A stretch of 64,000 bases of DNA from Deltaproteobacteria bacterium UBA6601 (GCA_002433485.1 DJIF01000130.1:26553-90552); one strand, 5' to 3'; shown: positions 9,851 through 20,133, counted from the stretch's first letter. Translations and numbers: made by a program. The notes: generated by a model not told the origin, from the sequence alone.

Positions 9851-10717
9851 TCAGGTCGGTTCATCAGTCGACTTGCCCCGCCCGGCGGCGACCTCAGCCA
9901 GGCTCTCGCGCAGGGTCGAACGGATAATCGAGCGGAGCTCATTGCGAAAGTCACTGCCCTCGGCGGTGAGTTCGCGCAGGTGGTCGCGCACCATGTCTTG
10001 CAGGGTGTGGGGAGTGCCCGAAACCTGTCCTGAGTCACCGTCATTGGGCGGTAGGAATGCATCTTCAAAATCGGAGGCGGGAAGGGATGCGATCATCACC
10101 GAGCTCTCGGCGTGGGAGGCCTGACCGGACTCGGCATCAACCTCCTCAAAATCGCCCTGTTCACGCACCGCCTCCATCTCTGCGGTGTCCGCCGGGCGGA
10201 TGCTCAAGCTGTCCAGCACCCCGACGTCATCGCCCATGTCTTCGCCAAAGGACAGGCTGCCATCTCCCAGGGATTCATCGCCAACGCTGTCATCGAGCCC
10301 AGCCTGGTCAAACTCAAGCGTGGGTCGCGGTCGATTGAAGGCCTCGGAATTGATGACGTCGCGCAGCTGCTCTACCAGTTCAAGGCCCTGAAATGGACGC
10401 TCGGCCGTGGCATCGGCGCCAGCGCGCAGGGACTGCTCTTCAGCACCATCATCCCCGTGGCGATGGATGAGCGTGACTACAGGGGGGAACTCTCGTTCTT
10501 CTTTGAGGCGCCTGCAAAGCTCCTGCCCGGTGATTCCGGGCAGGTCGACCTCGGCGATCACCAGTCTTGGCCATTGGTTATTGCAGTGCTCTAGGGCAGC
10601 TTCCCCATTAGCAACACTGACCACATCGGTGATGGCAATCCCCTCTAGGGAGCCTCGCACCTGTTGAACAAGACCGGGGTCAGGGCTTACCACTAAAACC
10701 CGGTTACTTAACGTCAT
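9851..10717 (-). CDS. response-regulator receiver-domain protein with degenerate phospho-acceptor pocket and long acidic disordered C-terminus
   Basis: REC-like fold in the first approximately 120 aa (VLVVSPDPG…VIAEVDLPGITG…VVTLI). The DD pair is replaced by SP, and the Lys is replaced (ERPF). The remaining approximately 165 aa are D/E/S-rich low complexity. Confidence 0.55.
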   Translation of the reverse strand: MTLSNRVLVVSPDPGLVQQVRGSLEGIAITDVVSVANGEAALEHCNNQWPRLVIAEVDLPGITGQELCRRLKEEREFPPVVTLIHRHGDDGAEEQSLRAGADATAERPFQGLELVEQLRDVINSEAFNRPRPTLEFDQAGLDDSVGDESLGDGSLSFGEDMGDDVGVLDSLSIRPADTAEMEAVREQGDFEEVDAESGQASHAESSVMIASLPASDFEDAFLPPNDGDSGQVSGTPHTLQDMVRDHLRELTAEGSDFRNELRSIIRSTLRESLAEVAAGRGKSTDEPT

Positions 10718-10821
10718 CCCTGCGTCTCCATCTTGAGCGGGTCAATATTATCAGTCAGTGGGGCTGTGCGCATCCAGGTCGGCTGGTGGACGCGACGCAG
10801 TCAATCCACTACAAGGGAGCA
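10718..10821. promoter_or_regulatory. divergent intergenic region between response-regulator gene (-) and gshA (+), with gshA RBS AAGGGAG
   Basis: About 100-nt gap. AT-richer stretch gtcaatattatcagtcagt that could hold -10/-35 elements (inference). Confidence 0.3.
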
Positions 10822-12204
10822 ATGCAGGAGCCCATTGGCCGCGAGGAATTATTCTCCTACTTTGCCGACTCGGTGGTGCCCGAGGAGCAGCGGCGCGTAG
10901 GTCTGGAATGGGAAAAGGAAGCTGTGAATCTGGCTGGGCAGCGGCTCCCGTTCGATGGCGACCGCGGGATTGAAGCCTTGCTAAAGGGCCTTGTAGAAGA
11001 CTTCGGTTGGGCGCCTGGCTATGAGCAGGATCGGCTGGTTTCACTGCGGCGAGATGGCGAGGCGCTAACTCTGGAGCCCGGCTCCCAACTGGAATTCGCC
11101 AGCGCACCGCGGCGGCGCCTGGTTGATCTGGAAATCGACCTTCGGCGGCATCTGACCGAACTGCAGCAGGTTACTTCCGAATGGGAGGTGCGCTTTCTTT
11201 CGACGGCCTTCAGCCCGCTCCAGGACTGCGAAGACATCAAACTTGTGCCGAAGCAGCGGTATCAGATTATGGACGACTACCTTCGCCCTCGTGGTGCGCT
11301 CGCGCACGAGATGATGCGGGGTAGCACTTCGGTTCAGGTGGCCTTTGATTATCACTCGTTGAGCGATTGTGCTCACAAGTTGGAGGCGGCCCTGCAGTTG
11401 AGTCCCGTGGTCACCGCGCTGCTCGCTAACTCACCGCTGCGACAGGGACAGCCCAATGGCTTCCTTAGCTACCGAAGCCGCTGCTGGCAGCTCACTGACC
11501 CCGAGCGCACCGGCTTGTTGGCTGGTCTCGGCACCAACGAATACACCGCTGAGGCCTATCTGGACTGGGCGCTCAAGGTGCCGATGATGTTTATGAAGGT
11601 GGATGGCCAGATGGTTGCTGCCAAGGGACTCAGCTTTGGCCGCTGGCTGGTGGACGGGCTTGAAGGACGCTTCCCCTCCATGGCCGACTTCGAACTGCAC
11701 CTGACCTCTCTGTTCCCTGAGGTTCGTCTCAAGAGCTATATCGAGCTCCGTGGAGCCGACAACGGAACTCTGGAGCGGATCCTGGCTGTGGCGGCCTTGT
11801 GGAAGGGCCTCCTCTATGATCGCTTCGCTCTCGGAGACTCTCGTGAGCTGGGCGCTGAGCTCGCTGCAGGTGTCGGTTCCGCTGGCGGTGACGCAGCTAT
11901 GGCGGTGGCAATTCGAGACGGCCTAAAGGGTAAAGTTGGCGGCAGGAGCTTGCAGTTGTGGGCAGCAGAACTCCTTGATATCGCAGCCGAAGGCCTCATC
12001 CACCAAGCCCCCGATGGCCCAGCTGAGCTTGCCTATCTGGCACCGCTGCAGGAACTGGTCGACTCGGGGCGTTGTCCGGCCTCTTTGTTATTGGACAGTG
12101 GCGTCGCTTCCATGGCCCCCGACGAGCTGCTCTCTGCGATCGCTTACCCACCGGTCCAAGAAATTCCGGCAGTCTCGCCGGAGGCGGGCATGGTCACTTC
12201 ATAG
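10822..12204 (+). CDS. gshA: glutamate--cysteine ligase, GCS2 (plant/proteobacterial) type
   Basis: Start MQEPIGREELFSYF preceded by AAGGGAG RBS. GCS2-family similarity along approximately 450 aa (…HLYFARP-like core, SYIELRGADNG). Confidence 0.7.
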   Translation: MQEPIGREELFSYFADSVVPEEQRRVGLEWEKEAVNLAGQRLPFDGDRGIEALLKGLVEDFGWAPGYEQDRLVSLRRDGEALTLEPGSQLEFASAPRRRLVDLEIDLRRHLTELQQVTSEWEVRFLSTAFSPLQDCEDIKLVPKQRYQIMDDYLRPRGALAHEMMRGSTSVQVAFDYHSLSDCAHKLEAALQLSPVVTALLANSPLRQGQPNGFLSYRSRCWQLTDPERTGLLAGLGTNEYTAEAYLDWALKVPMMFMKVDGQMVAAKGLSFGRWLVDGLEGRFPSMADFELHLTSLFPEVRLKSYIELRGADNGTLERILAVAALWKGLLYDRFALGDSRELGAELAAGVGSAGGDAAMAVAIRDGLKGKVGGRSLQLWAAELLDIAAEGLIHQAPDGPAELAYLAPLQELVDSGRCPASLLLDSGVASMAPDELLSAIAYPPVQEIPAVSPEAGMVTS

Positions 12205-13075
12205 TTTGTTGGCGCAACCGCTCAAACAGGAGGATTCCAGTGGCAACTGAGACGTTAAGGCTGGTAACTACTTCTCCTTGAATGGGAATGCTGAGCAGCT
12301 CCTCACAGCCCTCCTTGAGTTTTGCGCTGACTCCCCTGTCTTCGCCACCCATCACCAGGGCGATAGCACCGCAGAGGTTGGCCTCGAAATATGGGCGGTT
12401 ACCGGATGCCTCGGCGGCTAGAACGCGGATCGCGCGGCGGCGCAGCTGAGCCAGTACGCTGGTCATGCTCTCGCGCACCACCGGTACCTGCTCCGCCGCA
12501 CCCATCGCGATGCGCTGGGCCGTCGCTGACAGCGGCGCCCCGCGACGGGTGGGGACTACGATTGCATCTACTCCTGCGCAGGCCGCGCTGCGAAGCACGG
12601 CTCCCAGGTTCTGCTCGTATTGAACCTGATCGAGAATGAGTAAGAAGGGCTCGCGTTGCTCTTTGTCCAACCGGTCCAGGACTTCCGTCAGAGTTTGCTT
12701 TGGCAGGGCTTCAGCAAAACCAATGATGCCGTTGTGCACTGCGGTCATGGAGACCTCGTCGAGCTGTTCGCGAGGTAGCTTTTTGAGCGTAGTTCCGTAT
12801 TCCTGGCTCAGTGACTCGATGGCCTGCAGCTTGGGACATGGTCGGGCGCCTTCGTCCAACCAGATCTCGCGTACTCGTCGTGAACGCCGCAGCGAGGCAA
12901 GAACCAGATTCCGCCCCTCCAGTTGGTCCGGATATCGCTTGCTGCCGCCTCGGGTTCTAGCGGGCTTTGAGCCCCTCCTGCCAGCGTTGTTCCTGCGAGG
13001 TACGGACTTCTTCGCCTTGCGCCTCTGGTCTCTGCTATGACCGCGCCGGCCGCTGCTATGGTCGTCGCTGGCCAA
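12194..13075 (-). CDS. SpoU/TrmH-family RNA 2'-O-methyltransferase (RlmB-like) with Arg/Lys-rich N-terminal extension
   Basis: SPOUT motifs NLGAVLRSAACAGVDAIVVP, ALVMGGEDRGVS, NVSVATGILLFE. First approximately 55 aa are highly basic. 11-bp convergent overlap with gshA. Confidence 0.75.
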   Translation of the reverse strand: MASDDHSSGRRGHSRDQRRKAKKSVPRRNNAGRRGSKPARTRGGSKRYPDQLEGRNLVLASLRRSRRVREIWLDEGARPCPKLQAIESLSQEYGTTLKKLPREQLDEVSMTAVHNGIIGFAEALPKQTLTEVLDRLDKEQREPFLLILDQVQYEQNLGAVLRSAACAGVDAIVVPTRRGAPLSATAQRIAMGAAEQVPVVRESMTSVLAQLRRRAIRVLAAEASGNRPYFEANLCGAIALVMGGEDRGVSAKLKEGCEELLSIPIQGEVVTSLNVSVATGILLFERLRQQTMK

Positions 13076-13094
13076 AGACCCGCCCTATTTCTTC

Positions 13095-14507
13095 CTAGAG
13101 CAGGTTCGCTGCAAGTTCGGCCAACTCAGAACGCTCACCCTTGTTCAGAGTGATGTGGCCTGTAAGCCCGGAACCGCGAAAGTGTTCTACGACAAAGACC
13201 AGCCCATTTGAGGTGGAGTCCACGTAGGGGTTGTCAATCTGATACGGGTCGCCGGTCGCGATGATCTTGGTGCCCTCTCCAGCTCGCGAGATAATCGTCT
13301 TGATCTCGTGCGGGGTGAGGTTCTGAGCCTCATCGATGACCAGGTACTGGTGAGGAATGGAGCGCCCACGGATATAGGTGAGCGGCTCAATCTCTAACAG
13401 CCCTTCGTCAATCAGCTCTTGGTAACCCCTGCTTTTGGCCCCTCGGTCTTGGCTGCGGGAGTCGAGAATGAACTCGACATTGTCGTAAACAGGCTTCATC
13501 CAAGGGTTTAACTTCTCTTCAATATCTCCTGGTAGATACCCGATGTCTCGGCCGAGAGGGAATATGGGTCTGGAGACTAGAAGCCGATGGTAGCTGCGCT
13601 CGTCAGCGCACTTCTGCAGACCCGCTGCTATAGCCAGCAGGGTCTTGCCTGTACCCGCCTTGCCAAGCAGGGTCACCATCTTGATGTGGTCGTCCAGGAG
13701 CAGGTCCAGGGCGAAGCACTGCTCTTTGTTGCGCGGGAAGATTCCCCAGACCCCTTCCTTGATCCTCTTGACCAACTGAATGGACTTTCCGTCCGCGCCA
13801 ATTCTGGCCAGCACGGTCTGCTGACTGCGATCTTTGTTTCGCAGTACCAGGCATTCGTTAGGGGAGAAACCATCGCCGTCGAAGGGCATGCTCTCACTGT
13901 GAAACAACTCTTCCAGTTGCTCAGCGCTTAGTGAAACCTCTTCCTGGCCAGCGTATTGTTCTTCTACCAGGACCTTGCCGTGGGCATAGTCTTCAGAGCG
14001 AATCCCCAGGGCGTCCGCCTTGATTCTCATGTTGGTGTCTTTAGAGACCAGCACTACCTGTTGTGCGTCGTGGGCCTGACGGCGCAGATCACGGGCTACG
14101 GCCAGGATCAGGTTGTCTGCATGGTGCCTCTTGTCGGCCCAACTCCAGTCAACATGTACGCTCTCGCAGAGGTCGATGCGCAGGGAACCTGAGTCGGGAA
14201 GTTCTACTCCTCGGCTCAGACAGTCTGCTCCCGAATCCGCTCGTAAGCCATCGAGATAGCGAGAGAACTGGCGGGCATTGCGGCCAGTCTCGGTCAGTTC
14301 CTTCTTGAAGCGGTCCATCTCTTCAATGACCGTGATCGGCAGCACCACTTCGTGCTCTTCAAACTTGAACAGCGCATCGGGGTCGTGAAGAAGGACGTTG
14401 GTGTCGAGGACGTAGGTCCTGCGGTTGTCGGCGTGGGATCTTTGATCCACTGTCTGGCTCCGATCCTGGGCGCTGACCACGCCCTTCGATGACTGTGTTT
14501 CGAACAT
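13095..14507 (-). CDS. PhoH2/YlaK-type protein: N-terminal PIN domain fused to PhoH-like ATPase
   Basis: PIN signature YVLDTNVLLHDP at N-terminus. C-terminal Walker A LLGKAGTGKT, LVIDEAQNLT, IIATGDPYQID. Confidence 0.8.
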   Translation of the reverse strand: MFETQSSKGVVSAQDRSQTVDQRSHADNRRTYVLDTNVLLHDPDALFKFEEHEVVLPITVIEEMDRFKKELTETGRNARQFSRYLDGLRADSGADCLSRGVELPDSGSLRIDLCESVHVDWSWADKRHHADNLILAVARDLRRQAHDAQQVVLVSKDTNMRIKADALGIRSEDYAHGKVLVEEQYAGQEEVSLSAEQLEELFHSESMPFDGDGFSPNECLVLRNKDRSQQTVLARIGADGKSIQLVKRIKEGVWGIFPRNKEQCFALDLLLDDHIKMVTLLGKAGTGKTLLAIAAGLQKCADERSYHRLLVSRPIFPLGRDIGYLPGDIEEKLNPWMKPVYDNVEFILDSRSQDRGAKSRGYQELIDEGLLEIEPLTYIRGRSIPHQYLVIDEAQNLTPHEIKTIISRAGEGTKIIATGDPYQIDNPYVDSTSNGLVFVVEHFRGSGLTGHITLNKGERSELAELAANLL

Positions 14508-14596
14508 ATTGCGGACGATCTGAGCCTGACCTGATCGCGGTTCGGATTATAGAAACCCGGTCCCCACGGTCAAGGACCTAGCAGCCAATTTCAGGC

Positions 14597-14881
14597 TCAC
14601 TGTTTGCCTTTGAGGACCCGGTCTCTCAGCTCACGGCCTACCTTGAATACTGGAAGGATCTTGGCCGCCACCTCAATAGGCTCGCCCGTCTTGGGATTTC
14701 GCCCGAGATAGGGGGCGTAGTGTTTGGTCTTGAACGAACCGAATCCGCGTATTTCGATGCGGTCGCCGCGAATAAGTGCATTGGACATGGAAGCGAAGAT
14801 GGTGGTGACCACCTCTTCAGCATTTTTGCGAGTCAGCCCGGAGCTGGCGGCGACAGCGTCGATGAGTTGAGACTTGGTCAC
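14597..14881 (-). CDS. integration host factor / HU-family DNA-binding protein
   Basis: GTG start (MTKSQLID…) preceded by AAAGGGAGA RBS. The IHF-like arm motif GFGSFKTKHYAPYLGRNPKTGEPIEV. Track ORF extends 45 nt further upstream. Confidence 0.75.
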   Translation of the reverse strand: MTKSQLIDAVAASSGLTRKNAEEVVTTIFASMSNALIRGDRIEIRGFGSFKTKHYAPYLGRNPKTGEPIEVAAKILPVFKVGRELRDRVLKGKQ

Positions 14882-14938
14882 CTTTAATCTCCCTTTGCCT
14901 CGAGCACGGTTGTTTAATAAATCCAAACACCTGGAAGG

Positions 14939-16744
14939 TTATTGTTCTACCTGAGGCTCGCTCTGGGGGTCAAGGGGTGGCGCCGCCGGGCGGATGTCCT
15001 TGAGAAAGAGCTGCAGGCTGGTGCGACCAGCCCAGGTGTTCTCCTGCAGGTGGAACAGGATGTCGATGGGTCCGTTGAGGTCATCTGGACGCCAACCCAG
15101 GCCGAAACCTACCGCCTGTTGGCGCGGGGCGTCGCCGTCGATCAAGCTCATGCGCAGTCCCTCTTTGGCCAGAGACCGGACCCCAACCGCCTGTACTCGC
15201 CGACACATAAACAGGGGTTCTCGATTGCCGATGCCAAAGGGTTCAAGGCGGCGCAGCGAATCACGGAGATGCCACGAGATGTCGGCCAGGCGCAGTTCTC
15301 CATCTACCAAAGTGCTGCCCTCCCAGAGCGCATCGTCGCACTCCGTAAAGGCTGGTCCAGAGAAGGCCTGCTGTAGCTCGGGGAGACGCTCCACTTTAAT
15401 GGAGAGACCCGCGGCGGCCCGATGCCCACCAAAGCGCTCCAACATGGACCGGTGCCTGTTCAACACGGCGAACAGGTCAATGCCCCTAATGGTGCGACCG
15501 CTGCCCGTACCCAGCTGGTCCTTCACCGCAATGATCAAGGCTGGCCGATGGAAGTACTGGGCGACCTTGCTGGCCACTACTCCTACCACCCCGGGATGCC
15601 ACTGGTCGCTCCACAGGACCAGGCCTCGCCGTTCCATGAAGTCGCCTTGCTCATGGGCCATCCGCAGGATGTCGTCGAAGGTTTCTTTCTGCACCTCCTG
15701 CCGCTTACGATTACAGCGGTCCAGGTCCCTGGCGCGGGTCAGCGCTTCCTGGTGGTCGCGGCAGAGCAGCAGCTCCACCGCGCGAGACGCCTCGTCCAGG
15801 CGTCCGGCCGCATTGATCCGTGGCCCGAGTCGGAACCCGAGGTCACTGGCCTGTGCCTGCTTGTCGGTGCTGATCCCGGCCACCTCCAGGAGAGCTCTGA
15901 GACCAGGGCGCAGCCGTCGGTTGATGACCTTCAGACCACTGCGGACCAGCGCTCGATTGACCCCCTTCAATGGAGCCAGATCGGCCACAGTCCCAAGAGC
16001 AACTAGGTCGAGATAAGGTCGGAGGTCTGGCTCTGGACGACTGGTAAAACGACCGAGATCGCGCAATCGAGAGCGGATGGCGATGCACAACATAAAGGCG
16101 ACGCCTACTGCGGCCAACTCCAGATATGGATTCTCTGCACCATCGCGCTGGGGGTTCAGCAGCGCGGTGGCTGCGGGCAATTCATCTGGCAGCTTGTGGT
16201 GGTCGACCACCACGGTATCGACGCCCAGTTCGCGGCCTCTGGCGATGGCTTCATTGGCCGAAGTGCCGTTGTCGCAGGTGATCACGAGGGTTGCGCCCTG
16301 CGCAGCAAGGCGCTCCATGGTCGCGGTTTGGATGCCATAACCGTCGCGTTCCCGGTGGGGCGCATACCACTCGACCTTGCCGCCAATCTCGGTCAGGAAT
16401 TCAACCAGCAGTGCCGTGGAAGTGCAGCCGTCTACATCGTAGTCACCGTGCACCCAGATGCTCTCTTGTGCTTCAAGAGCGGCCAGGATGCGGTTGGTGG
16501 CGAGTTCCATGTCTACCATCTGGCGCGGGTCTGGGAGGTCGCGCAGGCTGGCGTTGAGCCAGGTGGAAGCGGCGGTCGCACTATGGATGCCACGTTGGGG
16601 CAGCAGTGCCGCCAACAGCGGCGGAAGATCGAGGGCCTTGGCGAGCGACTGGGTCAAGCCCGCATCGGACTCGCGCAGGCGCCATTGACGCTCTGCTCGA
16701 GCCACCGCAGGAACCGGTGTAGTAAATCTGGACTCAGCGCGCAC
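14939..16744 (-). CDS. recJ: single-stranded-DNA-specific exonuclease RecJ
   Basis: DHH motifs (VHGDYDVDGCTSTALL, VITCDNGTS, VVVDHH) and DHHA1 region (GGHRAAAGL). Approximately 600 aa. Confidence 0.85.
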   Translation of the reverse strand: MRAESRFTTPVPAVARAERQWRLRESDAGLTQSLAKALDLPPLLAALLPQRGIHSATAASTWLNASLRDLPDPRQMVDMELATNRILAALEAQESIWVHGDYDVDGCTSTALLVEFLTEIGGKVEWYAPHRERDGYGIQTATMERLAAQGATLVITCDNGTSANEAIARGRELGVDTVVVDHHKLPDELPAATALLNPQRDGAENPYLELAAVGVAFMLCIAIRSRLRDLGRFTSRPEPDLRPYLDLVALGTVADLAPLKGVNRALVRSGLKVINRRLRPGLRALLEVAGISTDKQAQASDLGFRLGPRINAAGRLDEASRAVELLLCRDHQEALTRARDLDRCNRKRQEVQKETFDDILRMAHEQGDFMERRGLVLWSDQWHPGVVGVVASKVAQYFHRPALIIAVKDQLGTGSGRTIRGIDLFAVLNRHRSMLERFGGHRAAAGLSIKVERLPELQQAFSGPAFTECDDALWEGSTLVDGELRLADISWHLRDSLRRLEPFGIGNREPLFMCRRVQAVGVRSLAKEGLRMSLIDGDAPRQQAVGFGLGWRPDDLNGPIDILFHLQENTWAGRTSLQLFLKDIRPAAPPLDPQSEPQVEQ

Positions 16745-16804
16745 CTAGTCCGTCAAGCCCTGAGTGATGCGGATGAAGCAGAGACCACCACGCGATTTCC
16801 GTCC

Positions 16805-18028
16805 TCAGAGCGTTGCGCCGTATGATTCGCCTCGCCGGGCTGCATTCTTCTCTGCGTCTTCGTTGGAGACGATGTCTACCGGGAGCCAGCGCTGCAGGTA
16901 GATGATCATGGGGCTGGCGATGTAGATAGAAGAGTAGGTCCCTACCAGTACCCCGACAAACAGAGCCAGCGCAAAGTCCTGCAGGATGGCGCCGCCAAAG
17001 ATCATTAAGGCGGAGACCGCAATGATAGTGGTCACAGAGGTCAGCAGCGTGCGGGACAAAGTCTCATTTAGGGAGACATTGATGACTTCAGCCAGATCTC
17101 GCCTTGGAAAGCGCCGTAGGTTTTCACGGATGCGATCGTAGACCACGATGGTGTCGTTAAGCGAGTAGCCGACGATGGTCAACAGTGCGCCGATGGTGGG
17201 CAAGGTGAACTCACGACCCAGTAGGCAAAACACCCCGATGGTGAAGATCACGTCGTGCAGCAGCGCAGCGACTGCGCCCGGCGCGAAGCTGAGGTCAAAG
17301 CGGAATGCGACGTAGACCAGGATGAGGGCCAGGGATAGTACGATGGAGAGCAGCCCCTTGCGGCGCAGCTCAGCTCCAACGCTTGGCCCCACCATCTCTA
17401 CACTCACCACCTCAAAGCCTGCCTGCTCCCCTTTGCCACTGCCGAGGACACCGGCAAGGGTCTCCTTGACCTTGTCAGTGAGGCCTGGAAAGGACACCTC
17501 AAAGGCGTTGTGAGTGACCATGCTGGCGGCTACCTTAACGTCTGGATTCATGGCCTTGAGGCGACGGGTAAAGGTGTCTAGATCCCTGGGGCTGTTGGCT
17601 ACCGCGGTCATATGAACGCTCTGTCCTTGCTCCCATTCAAAGGCCTTCCAGGCCTGTTCCCCGTCTTCTGCCGTGAGCTGTTCCTGGACGGTGGTGAAGA
17701 ATGCGTCGGCGCCGAAGTTGATGTTCTCCACGCGAATGAGGAACTCATCCCCGGTTGAGCCGAAGGCCTGCACGTTGTCATCACTGAGTCCAATGGCGGC
17801 AAGGCCAGTGCGGATCTGAGCGATGTCCACCGTGCCGGGAACCTTGACGTGAATCTCGGTGCCGCCGGAGAAGTCCACCCCATACTTCGGGCCGAGGGGA
17901 AACGAGCGGTCAATGCTCCCGTAGACAAACAGCAAGAGTGCCAGGCTGATGGCGATGCTGGATAGCACGCCGAAGCCCTTGCGTTTGCCGATGAGGTCGA
18001 AAGAAGTGCCAGGTTTTACGATTTGCAT
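16805..18028 (-). CDS. secF: protein translocase subunit SecF
   Basis: SecF family sequence, 6 TM segments, immediately downstream of secD. Confidence 0.9.
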   Translation of the reverse strand: MQIVKPGTSFDLIGKRKGFGVLSSIAISLALLLFVYGSIDRSFPLGPKYGVDFSGGTEIHVKVPGTVDIAQIRTGLAAIGLSDDNVQAFGSTGDEFLIRVENINFGADAFFTTVQEQLTAEDGEQAWKAFEWEQGQSVHMTAVANSPRDLDTFTRRLKAMNPDVKVAASMVTHNAFEVSFPGLTDKVKETLAGVLGSGKGEQAGFEVVSVEMVGPSVGAELRRKGLLSIVLSLALILVYVAFRFDLSFAPGAVAALLHDVIFTIGVFCLLGREFTLPTIGALLTIVGYSLNDTIVVYDRIRENLRRFPRRDLAEVINVSLNETLSRTLLTSVTTIIAVSALMIFGGAILQDFALALFVGVLVGTYSSIYIASPMIIYLQRWLPVDIVSNEDAEKNAARRGESYGATL

Positions 18029-18055
18029 GGTTCGTGCCTTGGGTAGATCTGGGCC

Positions 18056-20125
18056 TTAGAGGCCAATGGAGAGGCTCTTAACCTCCCGCTTGATGCACAG
18101 GTAATCAAACAGCAGGCGGGTGAATACCAGTGCTGTGACCACTGAGGTGAGGATGCCAATCATCAAGGTGACTGCGAAGCCCTTGATGGGGCCGGAGCCG
18201 TAGGAATAAAGGACCGCCGCGGTAATAAAGGTCGTGATGTTGGCGTCGAGAATCGTCCATGTAGCCTTCTCATAGCCGGCAGCTATGGCTGCCCGCACCC
18301 CTCGTCCGGCATGGATCTCCTCACGAATACGCTCGAAGATGATTACGTTGGCGTCGACCGCCATGCCGATGGTGAGGATGATGCCGGCGATGCCTGGCAG
18401 GGTGAGGGTGGCCCCAAAGGCAGCCAGGATCGACAGAATAAAGAGCATGTTCAGGAGCACCGCCAGGTTCGCGGTCAGCCCTGCCCCTCGGTAGTAGATC
18501 GCCATGAAGAACAGGATCAACAGTCCGGCGATGGTCGCGGCCATGCGTCCCGCCGCGATCGAGTCGTCGCCAAGCGTTTTGCCTACGGTGCGATTATGGA
18601 GGATCTCAATGGGCGCTGGCAGCGCACCGGCATGGAGTACTACGACCAGATCCCGAGCGTCCTGCACTGCCTCTACGCTGTCGCTTCCCCCCAAGGTAAT
18701 GGAGGCAATGCCATTGGGGATCTTCTCTTGAAAAACCGGCGCTGAGTTCACGTTGCCGTCGAGAATGATCGCCATCCGCTTGCCCACGTTGTCGCCGCTG
18801 AGGTCGCTGAAGATTCGGGCGCCCTCATTGTCGAGTTCCATCCGAACGTAAGAACTGTTGAACTGATCGCGTGCAACGGAAGCGTATTCGACCCGATCAC
18901 CGGTCAGATCTATCTTTCGATTGACCAGATAGGGGGTGCTTCGTTCATGGCGCATGGTCAGGGGGTCGAACTTTTTATTGTGAAAGACCTCAGCGTCTTC
19001 GGGTATGCGGCCAGCCAGGGCCGCAGCCAGGGCCTCGTCGCTGTAGTTATCACCGAGGTTGGCTTCTGTGACGGCCTTGTCGACCACTTCAGCGACGCGC
19101 GCATCAGACCAGCTCTCATCGGGATGGGTGTCACCGTAGAGCATGCGAAATTCAAGTTGAGCGGTCTGACCCACGAGGTCAATGGCTCGTTGGGGGTCAT
19201 CGAGACCAGGCAATTGCACCGTAATGCGGTCCTCGCCCTTAGTCAGGATGACCGGTTCGGTAACGCCGAACTCGTCGACTCGATTGCGGATGGTTTCAAC
19301 CGCCTGTTGGAGCGCTGTTTCCTTGATGCTTGCTTCATTGAGGGGCTCAAGGGAGTAGACCTCGGCGTTGCGCCCGTCGACCTCCTGGGTACCCTGCAAG
19401 ATGTAGAGCCCAGTGCCTTCCTTGATGGCCCCGCGGACTGCAGCTCGCTGACTTTCTTCGATGAATACTGCCACGTTGGCGGTGCCCGGGATTCTCTTAC
19501 TGCTGGCCTCGATCTCTTTTTCCTTCAGGATGCTTACCATCTGGTCCGCACCGCGATCGGAGGCAGCTTCAAGGGCTTTTCTAAGGTCAACCTGCAGCTC
19601 AAGGTCAATGCCACCTTGAAGGTCGAGCCCCAGGTTGATCTTACGGGCCGGGAAGTACTCGGCGGCGGCCGGGGGACGCACCAGGGCGTCCTCGTGACCG
19701 CCCCCCTCAATGGCGAACTCAACCACATCGCCCTCTTTGAGCTTGGTGTCCGCTGCGCCATTGGCGCCGTTAATGGCGCCCTTGCCGGTGTTGAAGGCCG
19801 CCCTGATCCTGGGGGTCGTCAGATCAGAGACTCTTGCCGCGATCAGATTCTCCGCTGCCAGCCCGGCATCGTCACCACTGATCGTGAAGCTCCACTGTCC
19901 GCTCGCCTCTCGGCTGCGATGGTCTTCGAGAGTGCGAGTGGCCGCTGTACGAGCTTCATCGCCCTGTGCGTTATCAACGAAGGCCTCAAGCTGAGCCAGG
20001 CGCGAGTAATAGCCCTGCAGCTCAGTTTCGGTGGACCAACCACCGAAACTCCAGACCAGGTAGACGATGCTCAGAACCATTGCCAGGGCCATGAGCGAGA
20101 ACTTGAACCACCAGTTGCCGTCCAT
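18056..20125 (-). CDS. secD: protein translocase subunit SecD (long periplasmic-domain form)
   Basis: SecD family (N-terminal TM, large periplasmic domain, C-terminal SecD/F TM bundle IYYRGAGLTANLAVLLN…). Confidence 0.9.
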   Translation of the reverse strand: MDGNWWFKFSLMALAMVLSIVYLVWSFGGWSTETELQGYYSRLAQLEAFVDNAQGDEARTAATRTLEDHRSREASGQWSFTISGDDAGLAAENLIAARVSDLTTPRIRAAFNTGKGAINGANGAADTKLKEGDVVEFAIEGGGHEDALVRPPAAAEYFPARKINLGLDLQGGIDLELQVDLRKALEAASDRGADQMVSILKEKEIEASSKRIPGTANVAVFIEESQRAAVRGAIKEGTGLYILQGTQEVDGRNAEVYSLEPLNEASIKETALQQAVETIRNRVDEFGVTEPVILTKGEDRITVQLPGLDDPQRAIDLVGQTAQLEFRMLYGDTHPDESWSDARVAEVVDKAVTEANLGDNYSDEALAAALAGRIPEDAEVFHNKKFDPLTMRHERSTPYLVNRKIDLTGDRVEYASVARDQFNSSYVRMELDNEGARIFSDLSGDNVGKRMAIILDGNVNSAPVFQEKIPNGIASITLGGSDSVEAVQDARDLVVVLHAGALPAPIEILHNRTVGKTLGDDSIAAGRMAATIAGLLILFFMAIYYRGAGLTANLAVLLNMLFILSILAAFGATLTLPGIAGIILTIGMAVDANVIIFERIREEIHAGRGVRAAIAAGYEKATWTILDANITTFITAAVLYSYGSGPIKGFAVTLMIGILTSVVTALVFTRLLFDYLCIKREVKSLSIGL

Positions 20126-20133
20126 CTTCAGTC

